A stretch of DNA of 64,000 nt, from positions 29,320,024 to 29,384,023 of the forward strand of contig NC_085845.1 in assembly GCF_035594765.1 (NCBI RefSeq). Direction: 5' to 3'. Positions within the stretch are counted from its first letter, which is position 1; each line of letters begins with the position of its first letter. Below are positions 14,477 through 26,005 of the stretch, piece by piece. The translations under genes were made by a program, and so were the position numbers. The stretch comes from Anolis carolinensis (lineage: Eukaryota). The notes under the pieces were generated by a model. That model searched no databases. It worked only from the letters and a program-made list of their open reading frames with translations, and was not told the DNA's origin.

Positions 14477-14799
14477 CAGTAGAGTCTCATTTATCCAACA
14501 CTTGCTTATCCAACATTCTGGATTATCCAGTGCATTTTTGTAGTCAATGTTTTCAATATATCATGATATTTTGGTGCTAAATTCATAAATACAGTAATTA
14601 CTACATAGCATTACTGCGTATTAAACTACTTTTTCTGTCAAATTTGTTGTATAGCATGACGTTTTCGTGCTTAATTTGTAAAATCATAAACTAATTTGAT
14701 GTTTAATAGGCTTTTCCTTAATGCCTCCTTATTATCTAACATATTCGCTTATCCAACATTCTGCTGGCCCGTTTATGTTGGATAAGCGAGACTCTACTG
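14477..14799. mobile_element. Tc1/Mariner MITE
   Basis: TIR CAGTAGAGTCTCA.TTATCCAAC, TA TSD; copies at 33601-33910, 37160-37630, 56275-56582. Confidence 0.9.
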
Positions 14800-15202
14800 T
14801 ATAGCCATTTAGTAAATGTCATCGCTGTATCCTATGGGATTTTGAGAATGGACGTCTGGTGAGGCTTTGGAACTCTACAGCAGAAAATACTACAAATCCC
14901 AAGTTTCCACAGAATGGAGCTTGAAGAAGTAACTTTCTATAGTACTTCTCTCAGAATACCCCAATAAGCACATTCAATGGTAATGCAGACCTGGGAATCC
15001 TAAAAGGTAACTTTTACAAGTTCTGGTGGTAAGGAGACTAGTTGCCATATTAATTAAACATCGTATAGAGTATTTTTCCAGATCTTACAACTTTACTGTT
15101 TACTTTGCACAACTGAGAAGGAACCATTCAATATGGTTCCTACTACCCTTTAAACATGAGATGGTAAATAGAACAAAATAATAACAATGCACAAAATATC
15201 AC

Positions 15203-15232
15203 CTTTTTCATTTTCCTCAAGTCTTCCATTAC
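15203..15232 (-). CDS. CFI: CFI exon 7, 30-nt micro-exon (C)NGRLEENEK
   Basis: CAG acceptor, GTGAT donor, phase 1-1; its first GT completes the Cys codon begun in exon 6. Confidence 0.75.
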
Positions 15233-16029
15233 CTGTTTGAAACAAACACATCTATATAAAATCAAAGATATAGAAACCAAGAGCATTCAAAATGACCAAG
15301 ACATACTAGGATAATTCTGTAGACTGGCTTTCTTTGTAAGCATTTGATTTGAGATACAGTAATACCTTCCAGATCATGTCTAATAGAGCAAAAGCTACCT
15401 TTAAACAGACTGATAGGTGAAGAAAAGGCTTATCATGCACAGAGACAAATGGGAACTTTAAACACAGATTTGTTTAATGACATTCTGCAATGATAATCAG
15501 ATCTTTGGATTTAAAATGTCCAGGGCACAATCCTGGAATGGAAAATAATTTTGGTAGAATAGAGATTCAAAATGAAAGCATCCATTCTGAATGCCTCGAC
15601 ACTTGTTGTGGGACAAAGCACACATTTCCTCAAGAATATATTCATCTGCTTGTTGTGAAGTCTGGAAGCATCTTGTGCTTTTCAAAGATATACAATATGT
15701 AGGGAAAAGGGATGTATTTTAAACAATGCAAACAGGTGAAACCGCAGACTAGTTTTGCAGGAATGGGAGTCATATAAATCTACAATTTAAACTGAAGATT
15801 GTGTTACATTCACTGTCTCCTCTTCCAATTGTAACATGACACTCCCTTTTGGTTTTCCTGTTGCACAAATGGACACTAATGGGCAAGGGGCGGTAGCAGC
15901 GTATCCCTTGTACTGAGAAGAACCAATAATGTCTCTGGCAAAACATCCTTTTACACAGGACTGGGAATTTAATTTGGCTGTGTGAAAAGCTACACTCTGA
16001 TGAACTCAGCAATTTTAATTAACTAAAAA

Positions 16030-16430
16030 GCTGCAATTTCTCAAAACCCACTTACACCAGGGAAAAATTACTATCTGAATCTAACCATAGATAATGAAAC
16101 ATTGGCTGAGATATGGAAAGAGGACCTGACCAGTAATGAGTTATACATTGAACACTGGATTAATTCAATAAAAAATTAAACACTTAACAACCAAAGAAAC
16201 AGAAAGGAAAATACTGACCAAATGGTATAGAACCCCAATTAAATTAGCTCACATAACTAAAACAACCACAAAATTATGTTCGCACAGATGTGGAGGAATT
16301 GGATCCTATATGTATATGTGGTGAGACTGCGATAAAGTTCAAAAAACTTTTAACAAGGTAAAGAAGGAAATGGAAGAATTGAAAGGAGAGCCAAATATAC
16401 ATCAGGCCGAATCAAGAAGAAGTGGGATCT
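16030..16430 (+). mobile_element. L1-clade ORF2 C-terminal fragment, degraded
   Basis: KWYRTP...C..RC...SYMYMW*DC zinc-knuckle region with stops. Confidence 0.65.
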
Positions 16431-16735
16431 GAAATGGGGAAGATTGATAGAGTTAAAGGAAAAGGAAAATACAGAGAACTGAACCATACACTCTCCATGA
16501 TAGATAAATTAAAATATTTGAACGAAAGAAAGTACTGTTCCCAGAGGGTGGGAGGGGGGGGGGGGGAGAGGGGAATAATATTGTCAGACACATGTGGGAG
16601 GTAAATGTGGAATCGGCAATGTCAAGAAACTTAAATGAATAATAGTGTTTGTACTATGAAATGGTTACTGGAACTGACATTATTTTACCTGTGTTTACAA
16701 TTCTAAAAAGAGGTAATTGAAAAGACTAGGCTTAC

Positions 16736-16846
16736 ACAATTGATGACTTTCATCTTCTCCTGTTAGGCAATCCCTTTCGTTGTTACAGCGGAGTTTGTTT
16801 GGAATGCACACACCTGAATTGCAGTAGAAGCTGTCTCCTTTGCATG
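16736..16846 (-). CDS. CFI: CFI exon 6 (LDLRA2, CKGDSFYCNSGVCIPNKLRCNNERDCLTGEDE)
   Basis: LDLRA motif; 111 nt, phase 1-1. Confidence 0.96.
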
Positions 16847-17251
16847 CTATTGGAACGATATTATCCATCTTATAAAAGGGTAAAACTCATAAATATCCAA
16901 AAGATTATACTAAGCTATTTACACATCAGATCAATGCATTTCAAGATATACTTGGTAAACAGTTCAAAGGAATTTTTAAAAATTCCAAGAAATGTGCTAT
17001 GAAAAACAAACCCTATAAGTTTTCACAGGTAAAAACAGTAACATGTGTCCAAGGAACATCAAAGTGTGGTCATAGTAAAGGTAATTAAAGAGGAAAAACA
17101 CACAAAATTAGAAAAGAATCCCACCCGTGGGAGAAAAGTGTGATGATAATGATAATGATATAATATGGCAGCAGATAGCTTTTGCCTGAGTCTACTGGGA
17201 AAAGCATGATTTTCCCGTCTCTATTGAATTAACTGAATGCAAACTACTGTT

Positions 17252-17790
17252 TGTCCTGTTTTGTCTTTCAAGAACAGCCTTAAAACAATATGGTAAGTAG
17301 TTGAAAACTGCTTTACTTCAGCAAAACATAAAGAACAGCACACTCAGTGGTATAATGCAAAAGAAAGCAAAGTAGTCTTAGAGCAAACACAGTTCTTAAG
17401 CCTCTGAGAAATTCACAAACCAAGTAGCAGTCTTACTTCAGACAAAGAAACAGCAATAAATCCTTAGGAGCAGTTTCCCAGATGCAGACTCGAAGAAGGC
17501 AAAAGGGGAGCCAAGGCTTAGGCATTAGAGTCAGTTTGTTGCCAGCAAAAGCTGACTGCACCTGCTTCTGCTTTATAGCCCTGAGTTCCCTCACATCTGC
17601 TAGGGCAGTTCCCAATTACTCAGCTGCATTTCTGGCAGCTATTCTAGCTGAGCGATGTCTCTGCTCTGTTTCCTTTCACCTCTCCTGAAATGTGGGTACT
17701 TGCAAAATCTTCTCCTCCGATTCCAACTCCCCCTCAGATTCATGAACATTTTCCTGCTCCCCTTCCTCTTCTGAAGAGGAATCCCTAACA
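17252..17790 (-). mobile_element. Solo LTR (Gypsy-like) in CFI intron 5
   Basis: TGT...ACA termini, perfect 5-bp TSD CTGTT (17247-17251 / 17791-17795), internal TATAAA on the minus strand. Confidence 0.8.
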
Positions 17791-18247
17791 CTGTTGCACT
17801 TTGTATTCAGTTTGCAACAAATATAGTAAACTGAAGACAAAGTGGGAAAATGTAACATGTAGTTAAAAAAGGGACAACAGGTGGTTAATTAGGATAGTAT
17901 TATGTAAAAAAATTTCAGGAGAGACTGAAAAACCTGTCTGAATAAAAAGGTATTAGACTGCTCACTGAGGGAGAACAGAAAGGGAGCTCTGGAAGGGAAT
18001 TCCATAATGTGGATTAAATCCTTAATTTAAATTTGGTTTAAAGACAGCATAATAATCTAATTACTTTCTGAACCAATTGAGAAACACAAGGTGTCTTCTA
18101 ATGTCTTGGTTAATAATCAATCGGTCTATAGACTGAATTTTTATGTATTTGTCTGATACAACTTTGAAGTATCTTTGAAGCATTTCATTTACTGGCCAAC
18201 AAATTATAAACAATGAAAAGGTATATATGAGGAGACATATAGTATAC

Positions 18248-18358
18248 CTTTGCAACATAGTTCATCGCTTAAGTCACCGCAATCATTGATTCCATCACAT
18301 GTTTTTTCTAAAGGGATGCATTTGTTATTGACGCAACGGAATTCACTGCGGGAACATT
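18248..18358 (-). CDS. CFI: CFI exon 5 (LDLRA1, [36 protein letters not shown])
   Basis: LDLRA DCxDxSDE motif; 111 nt, phase 1-1. Confidence 0.97.
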
Positions 18359-18836
18359 CTGTAAAATGAAATAAGAGTATTTTCTATAAGAAATTAAATG
18401 TCTATTGTTGCTTCCAGATTAGATTTTATTTTGCAAATGACCTGTCACAGAATGTTATGGAGAGTTCAGGCATTAAAATTGTCCACTTTTCTCTAACAAC
18501 TTTCCGACCTCTAATATTATATAGTGGTTTATGGTATCAAATTTGAGGTACTGAGGAGAAAAAGAAGATTTTATTCAGGAGGTTTCTAAGATTTACCAAA
18601 GCAGAAAATTTTAGAATCCTAGGAATGCAATCTTAACTCTCAAAACACCCCAATGAGAACTGACAATGTTTAGCAATGATAGAATATTGCATGTCTTATT
18701 GTAGTAACTCAGAAAACTTGATATATTCTAAGGCATGACATGGCTAGCCGGAGTATTGCATGTAACATGTTATTGCAAGTGTCACTATAACATCAAATTT
18801 GTCTGATTGTACTTCCCCTCAACTTGATATACCAAC

Positions 18837-19006
18837 CTTTATGTCGTGTGTGGCACAACACCTTTGCCAACTTCACATTACTTTGACTCAACCGACTTAC
18901 AGCACATTCAGCCAAACTGGTCTCTATCCCTCTGCATGTTGCCTTAAGGCATTCCTGCGGCTGTGAGGCTTCATCTGGATCAATGAGTTCTATACGATCA
19001 GCCCCT
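18837..19006 (-). CDS. CFI: CFI exon 4 (SRCR C-part, CRGIETSLAEC)
   Basis: ORF 18793-19065; splice sites in phase. Confidence 0.95.
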
Positions 19007-19877
19007 CTGTGCAAAGAAATATATACATTAAATATTTTCACTGTCTGAAGGACAACATGCACCATCTGTTTCTGACTTTAACTTCCTCAGTGGACAAAGA
19101 GGAAAAAGCATGTTCTTGCAAGAGTCTTGGAAACATCCCAGATTATATAGAGCCAAGCCAGCTATGGAGGGGAAGGAAGAGGTCAGAGGATTTAGTTTCT
19201 ATCACTGACTTTGGATATTGATTCCATACTAAGGACAATCAGGCATAGTTATGACAGCAATCCTATTTGGGCATTCATTCCTTTATGTGCGTAGACACTC
19301 TTGTCTTCTCCCTTTCACTTCTGATCTTCCCATGTTAGTGAAGGTCTAAGGAGGAGGCATATCTACATTCAAGTACAGTATATGCAGTTAAAAATCTCCA
19401 AACAACTGGAAGCAGTGTTTTATGGACTAGTGCCAGTCGCCAAATCTGCTGATCTGTGGTAAATGTCCAACTATTATACCAAATCCTTAGCCCATTTAGG
19501 GGGGGAAAGTTAAGTCTTTATATCGGATAACCTGAGAAGTTATTTGTTTGTTTCATGCACACCAGCATGCTGTTAGAAAGGTTCACAGCCCAATCATTCC
19601 CAATCCTGGTTATTTTCACTGATAATATTGCAGTGTAACAATGTAATAATATAGTTTCACAAGTGCCAGGTAACCCAGATTTGTTAAATGAGGGTTCACC
19701 ATGATGGGAGCTATCATAAAAACCTGGAGGGCACAGAGTTAGGGAAGGTTGCTTTTTTCTATAGCCAACCCAACCCAGAGGATTCTGATACTTTACTAAT
19801 TAGTGGTGCTATCCTTTAAAGATCACAGTCATCAGCTTCAAGATTCCTCCATTCCACTTTGTGCAAGAATTTCTTAC

Positions 19878-20028
19878 TCTGGAAAATTAAGCTCCTTGCA
19901 GGCTACGTTGGCCTCTTGTATACTCCATCCTTCTCCACATATAAATGCCTTCTCAGAGTCTTTCAATTCGACTTGAACAATTCCTTCTGAAGATGTATTT
20001 TTAGGCTCCAAAAGAACTTTAAAAGTCT
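19878..20028 (-). CDS. CFI: CFI exon 3 (SRCR/CD5 domain N-part, ...FICGEGWSIQEANVACKELNF)
   Basis: manual translation; SRCR WSxxEANVAC motif; AG/GT. Confidence 0.95.
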
Positions 20029-20607
20029 CTATTTAAAAAACATAATTATAGTTTATACCCATTCAATATATGAAGAATGGTTAAAATCCACAAGTAGCCG
20101 ACTAAGGTAGATGTACCCAAGAAAAGAACTGGAAAATGTAGTAAATGACCATGAATCACAAGATTGGAAGAGACCACAAGGGCCATCCAGTTTAACCCCT
20201 TGCCATGCAGGAACACATAACCAAAGCACTCCCAACAGAATAGTTGCTGAACTAAATGTAATTTACATATATTGTTAAATTAACATAAGAATCTACTTCT
20301 AAGTAAAGATAAATGGTCCCAATGAGATATTTTTTCTATTACAAATAATGCATGTGCCCCTTACTCTGCCATTCAAATCAAGAACGCATTCACAATCCAT
20401 CTTCCTCTGCCCCAATGCCAGTTCTTTTGCAAAGGAATGTCAACAATTGTATAAATTTGACCTATATAACAAATTTAAAAGTTGTTTGACACCACATTTA
20501 GTGAAACATTGAGGATTCTAATCTGCTTTCATTCTCCATCCTAAAAGCTTGTCCCTCTCCATGCCAATCATTGATACAAAACTCAAAAAGGGAAAGATTT
20601 TTTTTAC

Positions 20608-20863
20608 CTTGAAGGTTGCAGCTTCCTCTGTGCATAAACTTGCCCTTTTTACGTTGACATTCATAGCTTTTCTGTTGACAGTAAGTTCGGAAAGTTGTCT
20701 TGTCGGTTGTACAAACGGATGTCCCGTTTTTGGGGCATTGATAAGGCAGCTTACAGAGACAGGTCCCCTTTACACACCTCTGCCATGGATGGCAGAAAAC
20801 CTTCTCGCAAGAATTATGAGTATAGCTCTTGTTCACACATTCTTCTATCAGGTCTGTCTCTTG
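20608..20863 (-). CDS. CFI: CFI exon 2 (FIMAC domain, [13 protein letters not shown]...CKLPYQCP)
   Basis: ORF 20498-20836 Cys pattern; AG/GT boundaries, 256 nt. Confidence 0.97.
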
Positions 20864-21013
20864 CTAGAATAAAGAAACCCTTTTATGTAACATTTCTGTG
20901 TACTGCAGATCCATGACAGATATGTTCAAAGACATAAATAAAAATTATAAAGTACTGCAAATAAAAGCTGTCTTGCCACTAAACCAGAGATTTTATTTAA
21001 AACAAAATCTTAC

Positions 21014-21076
21014 CTCTTGTCCAAAAGTACAAAGTGAAAAGGATAAAATGAGAATCAGAGGGGACAACAGTTTCAT
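21014..21076 (-). CDS. CFI: Complement factor I exon 1 (signal peptide MKLLSPLILILSFSLCTFGQE)
   Basis: ATG at 21076, hydrophobic leader, GTAAG donor, 63 nt, phase 0. Confidence 0.9.
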
Positions 21077-21142
21077 GGTGAAGAGTTATCTGTATATTAG
21101 AGAACGTTTTTCCTCTAGAATTCTTCCCAGTTTCAGGTTTGT

Positions 21143-21172
21143 GTTTAATGATCAACCACTAACAAATATTTG
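21143..21172 (-). promoter_or_regulatory. Putative CFI liver promoter: HNF1-like (GTTTAATGATCAAC) and FOXA-like (AACAAATATTTG) sites
   Basis: motif resemblance 70-100 bp upstream of the ATG of a liver-expressed gene. Confidence 0.5.
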
Positions 21173-22862
21173 AAAAAAGACAGTTTTGAAATCAAGTGTG
21201 GGAAATCCCGCTTGCATTCATGGCTCCAAACTCTTCTGAAAGATTCTCCTGTTTGTTTGTTTCTAGCTCCAAAAAATGGGGAAAGAAGCAAGAAGATCAA
21301 GGACTGCAAGATCTCAGTAGGAGTTTACTGATCTGTGTTTATCTCTCATGTACTAGTCTCTACACTTTCATATTATTAAGGAGTTACTTCCTGATATATA
21401 CTTCTTTGGAACAGCTGCAAAGCACAAAGGAAGCATGATTTGCATATTTCTCTGAGTACAGGATAGACATTTCAAACTGTGCTTAGTTAGTTGCTCAATT
21501 CTTTAGCAAACTGACTGAAAAGGAGTATTGTGTGCTGTTCAATAATGGGAGTGCCAATTTCCGGGATCAACAGGTCAACACAGGAAAGCATAACATATGT
21601 TATCTGATCAACAAATAATGGGTCTTTCCTAGCACACTTTTAATTAAGAATAGCAGCAGGGAAAATGGTAACATGATTTCATTTTTTGAATGATGGTTCA
21701 GAAAGGGTTTGGACAATAGATCCCATAGGGATTTCTGTATTGATTCATGGAAATTCTTCTGTGTTCTTTTGTGGAACAGTGCAGGGCAGGTGAAATCACA
21801 AATGGAAGAAGAAATGCAAAGCTGCTATCTCTCAGAAAGGGGAAAGTTTGTTTTTTCCACCCTTCATGCATTTCAGAAAAAGAAAGCCTAACAAATGAGT
21901 TCATATGGAAGAAAAAGGTCCTCTCTGATCTTAAAAACTAAGCAGGTGCAGCACTGGTTATTATTTGGATGGGAGACCACCAAATTTGTTGTGTGCTTGC
22001 AGGTCTGAAGGCAGACTAAATAATCCTAGATAATCTACTTACCCAGACACCAATGGAGCTGAATATAGCCATATGTTTCAACACCTTGCTCATGAATTGC
22101 ACACTGCAGACTAGCCAGAAATAATCCCATATGGTGAGACTGAACTAGGGATATATTTTACACCGCTTTCTATATGGCCCAGTGGTTTTATAGAAAGAGA
22201 GGAATTCCAAGACAAACTTGGTAGGCTTCACCTCCATAGGGATCTTATGCTAAAATGTTGGAAGCCGCTTTGGGTCCCCATTGTTTGAGAAAAGCAGCAT
22301 ATATAGATTTATTATTGTTTTTGTTGTTGTTGTTATTGTTATTATCTTGGTAGGACTTGTGGAATATGAAAATTGAATGGTATCCATTACAAATATAGAT
22401 GTTGAGGTCAAGGTTAGATCTTGAATCACTTGTTTTGACAATTGCCTGAAAAATGTGCAGTGTTAAAACAGGAGGCCGGATGTGAGTGTTTACATTAGGC
22501 TCACTCTTTTTTTTCTCCCTCCGGTCAGATGTCCCCAAACATCTACATGGAAGAAAGACCTTGGAGCATTCAGGGCCGAAGAGGGCTCTGTGACTAAGTT
22601 TGGCTGGACACACTCACAAAATCAATGTGAACAGGAAATGGGATGCACAGTCCACTCCCCACATTCCAATTCCTACCACCCTATACATTGGAAGAGAAAG
22701 TTGGAAAGTTATAACACATTAATGTGGAATGACTCTGGAGACCAGGGTTTGAATCCCCACTCAACTGTGGGAACTGACAGAGTGAATGTGGGCAAAGGCA
22801 AACCCCATCTGAACCAACCTTGCCAAGAAAACCCAATTTTAGAGTCATTGCAGGTTGGAAAC

Positions 22863-23300
22863 TGTCATAACTCACCTTCTGGAGTCAGACGTCCAGGAAT
22901 GTGCACCTCCTGATGATAGGGATCTGTCCAAGACAGTGGGGAGCTTTGCAGGAGACTGAGGACATTGAAGACATGCCACCATCCTTTTTTGAACAAAGAT
23001 GAGGTACAGATTGTGTTGATCCTGGCAGCTGTTAAATAGGAGACATTGATTAATTAGGCACCTGCTGTTTTGGAGATAGTTGGCCATAAATCTACCAGAA
23101 ACGCTCCCACATTTTTGTTGTTCGCAACTATCTTATCTATGTGATTGATAGTACTCTCCTGGCATTTGTGTTTTCTTAACCTTGGACTGGCTATATTTTT
23201 GACAACTTTTGTTTACTGCTTGTTGGCTTCTATCTGGATGGCTAACTTGTAATATCAACTCTTGGTCTGGCTGATGTCACCCACTTATTTTGCCCTGAGA
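22863..23300 (+). mobile_element. LTR-like remnant
   Basis: TGTCATAA start, GA-rich U3-like then T-rich U5-like composition; 3' end and TSD unclear. Confidence 0.4.
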
Positions 23301-23342
23301 AACATAGTGTTGGAGAAGGCCCAAAGGATCACTGTCACTGTC

Positions 23343-23483
23343 CTGGCATGGGCAAACTTCAGCCCTTCCTCCAGGTGATTTGGATTTCAACTCCCACAAT
23401 TCCTAACAGCCTACTGCTGTTAGGCAGTGTGGGAGTTGAAGTCCAAAATACCTGGAGGGATGGCCGAAGTTTGCCCATGACTG
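23343..23483. mobile_element. hAT MITE (TIR C.GGCATGGGCAAACTT), palindromic
   Basis: inverted arms seen directly. Confidence 0.75.
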
Positions 23484-23771
23484 ATCTAGACACTATAGTG
23501 CTATTGATGCAGCTTAGAATTGCACTGGCTTTTTTAGCTGCTGCATCACAGTCTTGGCTCGTCTTGTTGGACAATCTGAAACTAGCCTGGAATGAGTTAA
23601 ATCTTCTACAGCTCTTGCATTCTAACCCTCTGATGCTAAATGAAGCAATATTTGTACTTGATGCTTTTGAGGATTTGCCTTTAAAAAGTGGGATATAGTT
23701 TAGTGTCAACAACACATTTGATTGGTTTGCTGTGAGTTTTCCGAGCTCTATGGCCATGTTCCAGAAGCATT

Positions 23772-23820
23772 CTCTCCTGACGTTTCACCTACATCTAGGG
23801 CAGGCATCCTCAGAGGTTGT
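23772..23820 (-). ncRNA. Minimal type I hammerhead ribozyme (Penelope)
   Basis: CUGAGGA-U-GCCUGC/GUAGGU-GAAAC-GUC-AGGAGAG. Confidence 0.65.
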
Positions 23821-24672
23821 GAGGTCTGTTGGAAACTAGTCAAGTAGGGTTTATATATCTGTGGAAAGTTCAGGTTGGGAGAAAGAACTCTTGTCTGTTT
23901 GAGGCAAGTGTGAATGTTGCAGGTAATGACCTTGATTAGTATTGAAAGCCTGGCTGCTTCCTTCCTGGGGGAATCCTTTGTTGGGAGGTGTTAACCGGCC
24001 CTGATTGTTTCATTCCTGGAATTCCCCTGTTTTCAGATTGTTGATCTTTATTTACTGTCCTGATTTTAGAGTTTTTTAAATATTGGGAGCCTGGTTTTGT
24101 TCATTTTCATGGTTTCCTCCTTTCTGTTGAAATTGTCCACCAAACTCAGTATCCAAACATGAATCAAGGAGCATGAAAGTCACTGCAGGCTAACTCAATT
24201 GGAGAAGTCAGCCATGGCAGAGCACTTGATGAACCAACCTGGACACAGCCTATTATTTGAGGACAGAGAAATGCTGGACCACTCTAACAACCACCATTTC
24301 AGACTACACAGAGATGCCACTGAAATCCACAAGCTTGCGGACAATTTCAACCGAAAGGAGAAAACCATGAAAATGAACAAAATCTGGCTACCGGTATTAA
24401 AAAACTTTAAATTCAAAACAGTAAATAAAGAATAACTCTCAGAAAACAGGGGAATTCCAAGCATAAAACAATCAGGGCCAGTTAACACCTCCCAACAAAG
24501 GATCCCCCCAGGCAGGAAGCAGAAAGGCTTTAAAGCTGCGAGGCCATCAAATGCTAATCAAGGTGATCAATTGCAACAGTCACACTTTCCTCCAGCAGAC
24601 AAGTTCTTTCTCTCACCCTGGACCTTCCACAGATATACAGTAGAAACCCCACTTGCCTAGTTTCCAACAGAT

Positions 24673-24722
24673 CTCACAACTTCTGAGGATGCCTGCCATG
24701 GATGCAGGCGAAACGTCAGAAA
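24673..24722 (+). ncRNA. Minimal type I hammerhead ribozyme (Penelope)
   Basis: CUGAGGA 24683-24689, perfect stem II GCCUGC/GCAGGC, GAAAC-GUC 24710-24717. Confidence 0.7.
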
Positions 24723-24948
24723 AAAATGCTTCCCCATAGCCTGGAAAACTCACAGTAACCCAATGATTCCGGCCATTAAAGCCTTCGACAACAAACTCAT
24801 TTCTGATTTATTTCAACCCTATCAGGGTTTTTGGGGTTTTTTTGGGGGGGGCGGGGGGGGGGGGAGACATTTACTCAGAAGGCGCTTGCTTGTGCAAGTC
24901 TGCAAAACCCTGGGAATGAAGAGAATCCTGGCTGAAAGTCGAACTAGC

Positions 24949-25162
24949 ACCGGAAGTTACAGTTCTTCTCAAATGCCCGTACCTCTTTGATCATTCTAGC
25001 CAATAGATTCGCAAAGGGAAAGAGGAGTCACTGTCAAACGGAAACAGATTGGGATTGGCTGGGCAGCTGCAAAGGGACGTTATTCGTTGACGTCATCAGA
25101 GGCGGCCGGCGCGCGAGTTTTGGGGGCCACGTGGGAAGCCAAAGGGGATCGGTGTGCTCAAG
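24949..25162 (+). promoter_or_regulatory. GAR1: GAR1 promoter and probable non-coding exon 1
   Basis: CpG-rich; ETS ACCGGAAGT 24949-24957, CCAAT/ATTGG boxes ~25000-25038, CRE TGACGTCA 25088-25095, E-box CACGTG 25128-25133, donor AAG|GTACC at 25163. Confidence 0.7.
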
Positions 25163-25254
25163 GTACCAGGAAGGGGTGTTTTGGGGGGACGTGTCATATA
25201 TTCATTCATTTCTGCGTTGTCTGGCAGGGTTTTGCCACTCCTTACTTTAAACCC

Positions 25255-25472
25255 TCCTGCCAACCTAGCAGTTCGAAAACATGCCAATGTGAGTAGATCA
25301 ATAGGTACTGCTCCGGCGGAAAGGTAACGGCGCTCCATGCAGTCATGCCGGCCACATGACCTTGGAGGTGTCTACGGACAACGCCGGCTCTTCGGCTTAG
25401 AAATGAAGATGAGCACCAACCCCCAGAGTCGGTCACGACTGGACTTAACATCAAGGGGAAAACCTTTACCTA
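25255..25472 (+). mobile_element. Sauria SINE, 5'-truncated
   Basis: family sequence with ACCTTT tail; others at 34315-34590 (+), 36499-36820 (-), 49640-49938 (+). Confidence 0.85.
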
Positions 25473-25511
25473 CTTTAAACCATCCAGGTGTTTCTGAATC
25501 CAGAACAGAAT

Positions 25512-26005
25512 TGCATCCACACTGTTGAATCAGTGCAGTTTGGTACTACTTTAACTGCCATGAGTCAGTGTGTGGAGGCTTGCAATTTAGGCCCCTTCTA
25601 CACAGCTATATAAAACACACATTGAACTGGGTTATATGGCAATATGGACTCAGATAATCCAGTTCAAACCAGATATTGTGGACTATCTGCCTTGATATTC
25701 TGGTTTATATGGCTGTGTGGAAGAGCCCTAAGTGAGGTGCCTGCACTTTTTGGAAGAGAAGGCTAAGGACCTTGTAAAACTACAACTCCCGTGATTCCAT
25801 AGTATTGAGCCATGGGAATTTAAGGGCCCTTCTACACTGCCATATAACTCAGAATATCAAGACAGAAAATCTCACAATATCTGCTTTGAACTGGGTTATC
25901 TGCCATATATTCCAGTTCAAAGCAGATAATGTGGGATTTTATTCAGTTGTGTGGAAGGGGCCAAAGTGGTGCCAAACAGAATTAATTCTACAGTGTAGAC
26001 GTGCT
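25512..26005. mobile_element. Harbinger-like MITE with two nested Harbinger MITEs (25590-25728, 25824-25962)
   Basis: GGGCCCTTC(C/T)ACAC TIRs with TWA-like target sites. Confidence 0.75.

Larger units (their letters stand above)
23717..24791. mobile_element. Penelope-like retroelement: inverted pLTR (minus 23717-24140) joined to a 3' fragment (plus 24141-24791) with GIY-YIG endonuclease remnant
   Basis: EKSAMAEHLMNQPGHSLLFE...EIHK...NFNRKE; the two halves are reverse complements over ~400 bp. Confidence 0.88.

Noticed and set aside
14477-14799. Recurring palindromic repeats as a CRISPR array or miRNA cluster
   Set aside because: Eukaryotic DNA; these are dispersed MITEs with TIRs and TSDs, with no regular repeat-spacer structure.
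21925-21982. 5S rRNA-like sequence (also 54040-54100)
   Set aside because: Partial and degenerate; head of a 5S-derived SINE or pseudogene, not a functional rRNA gene.
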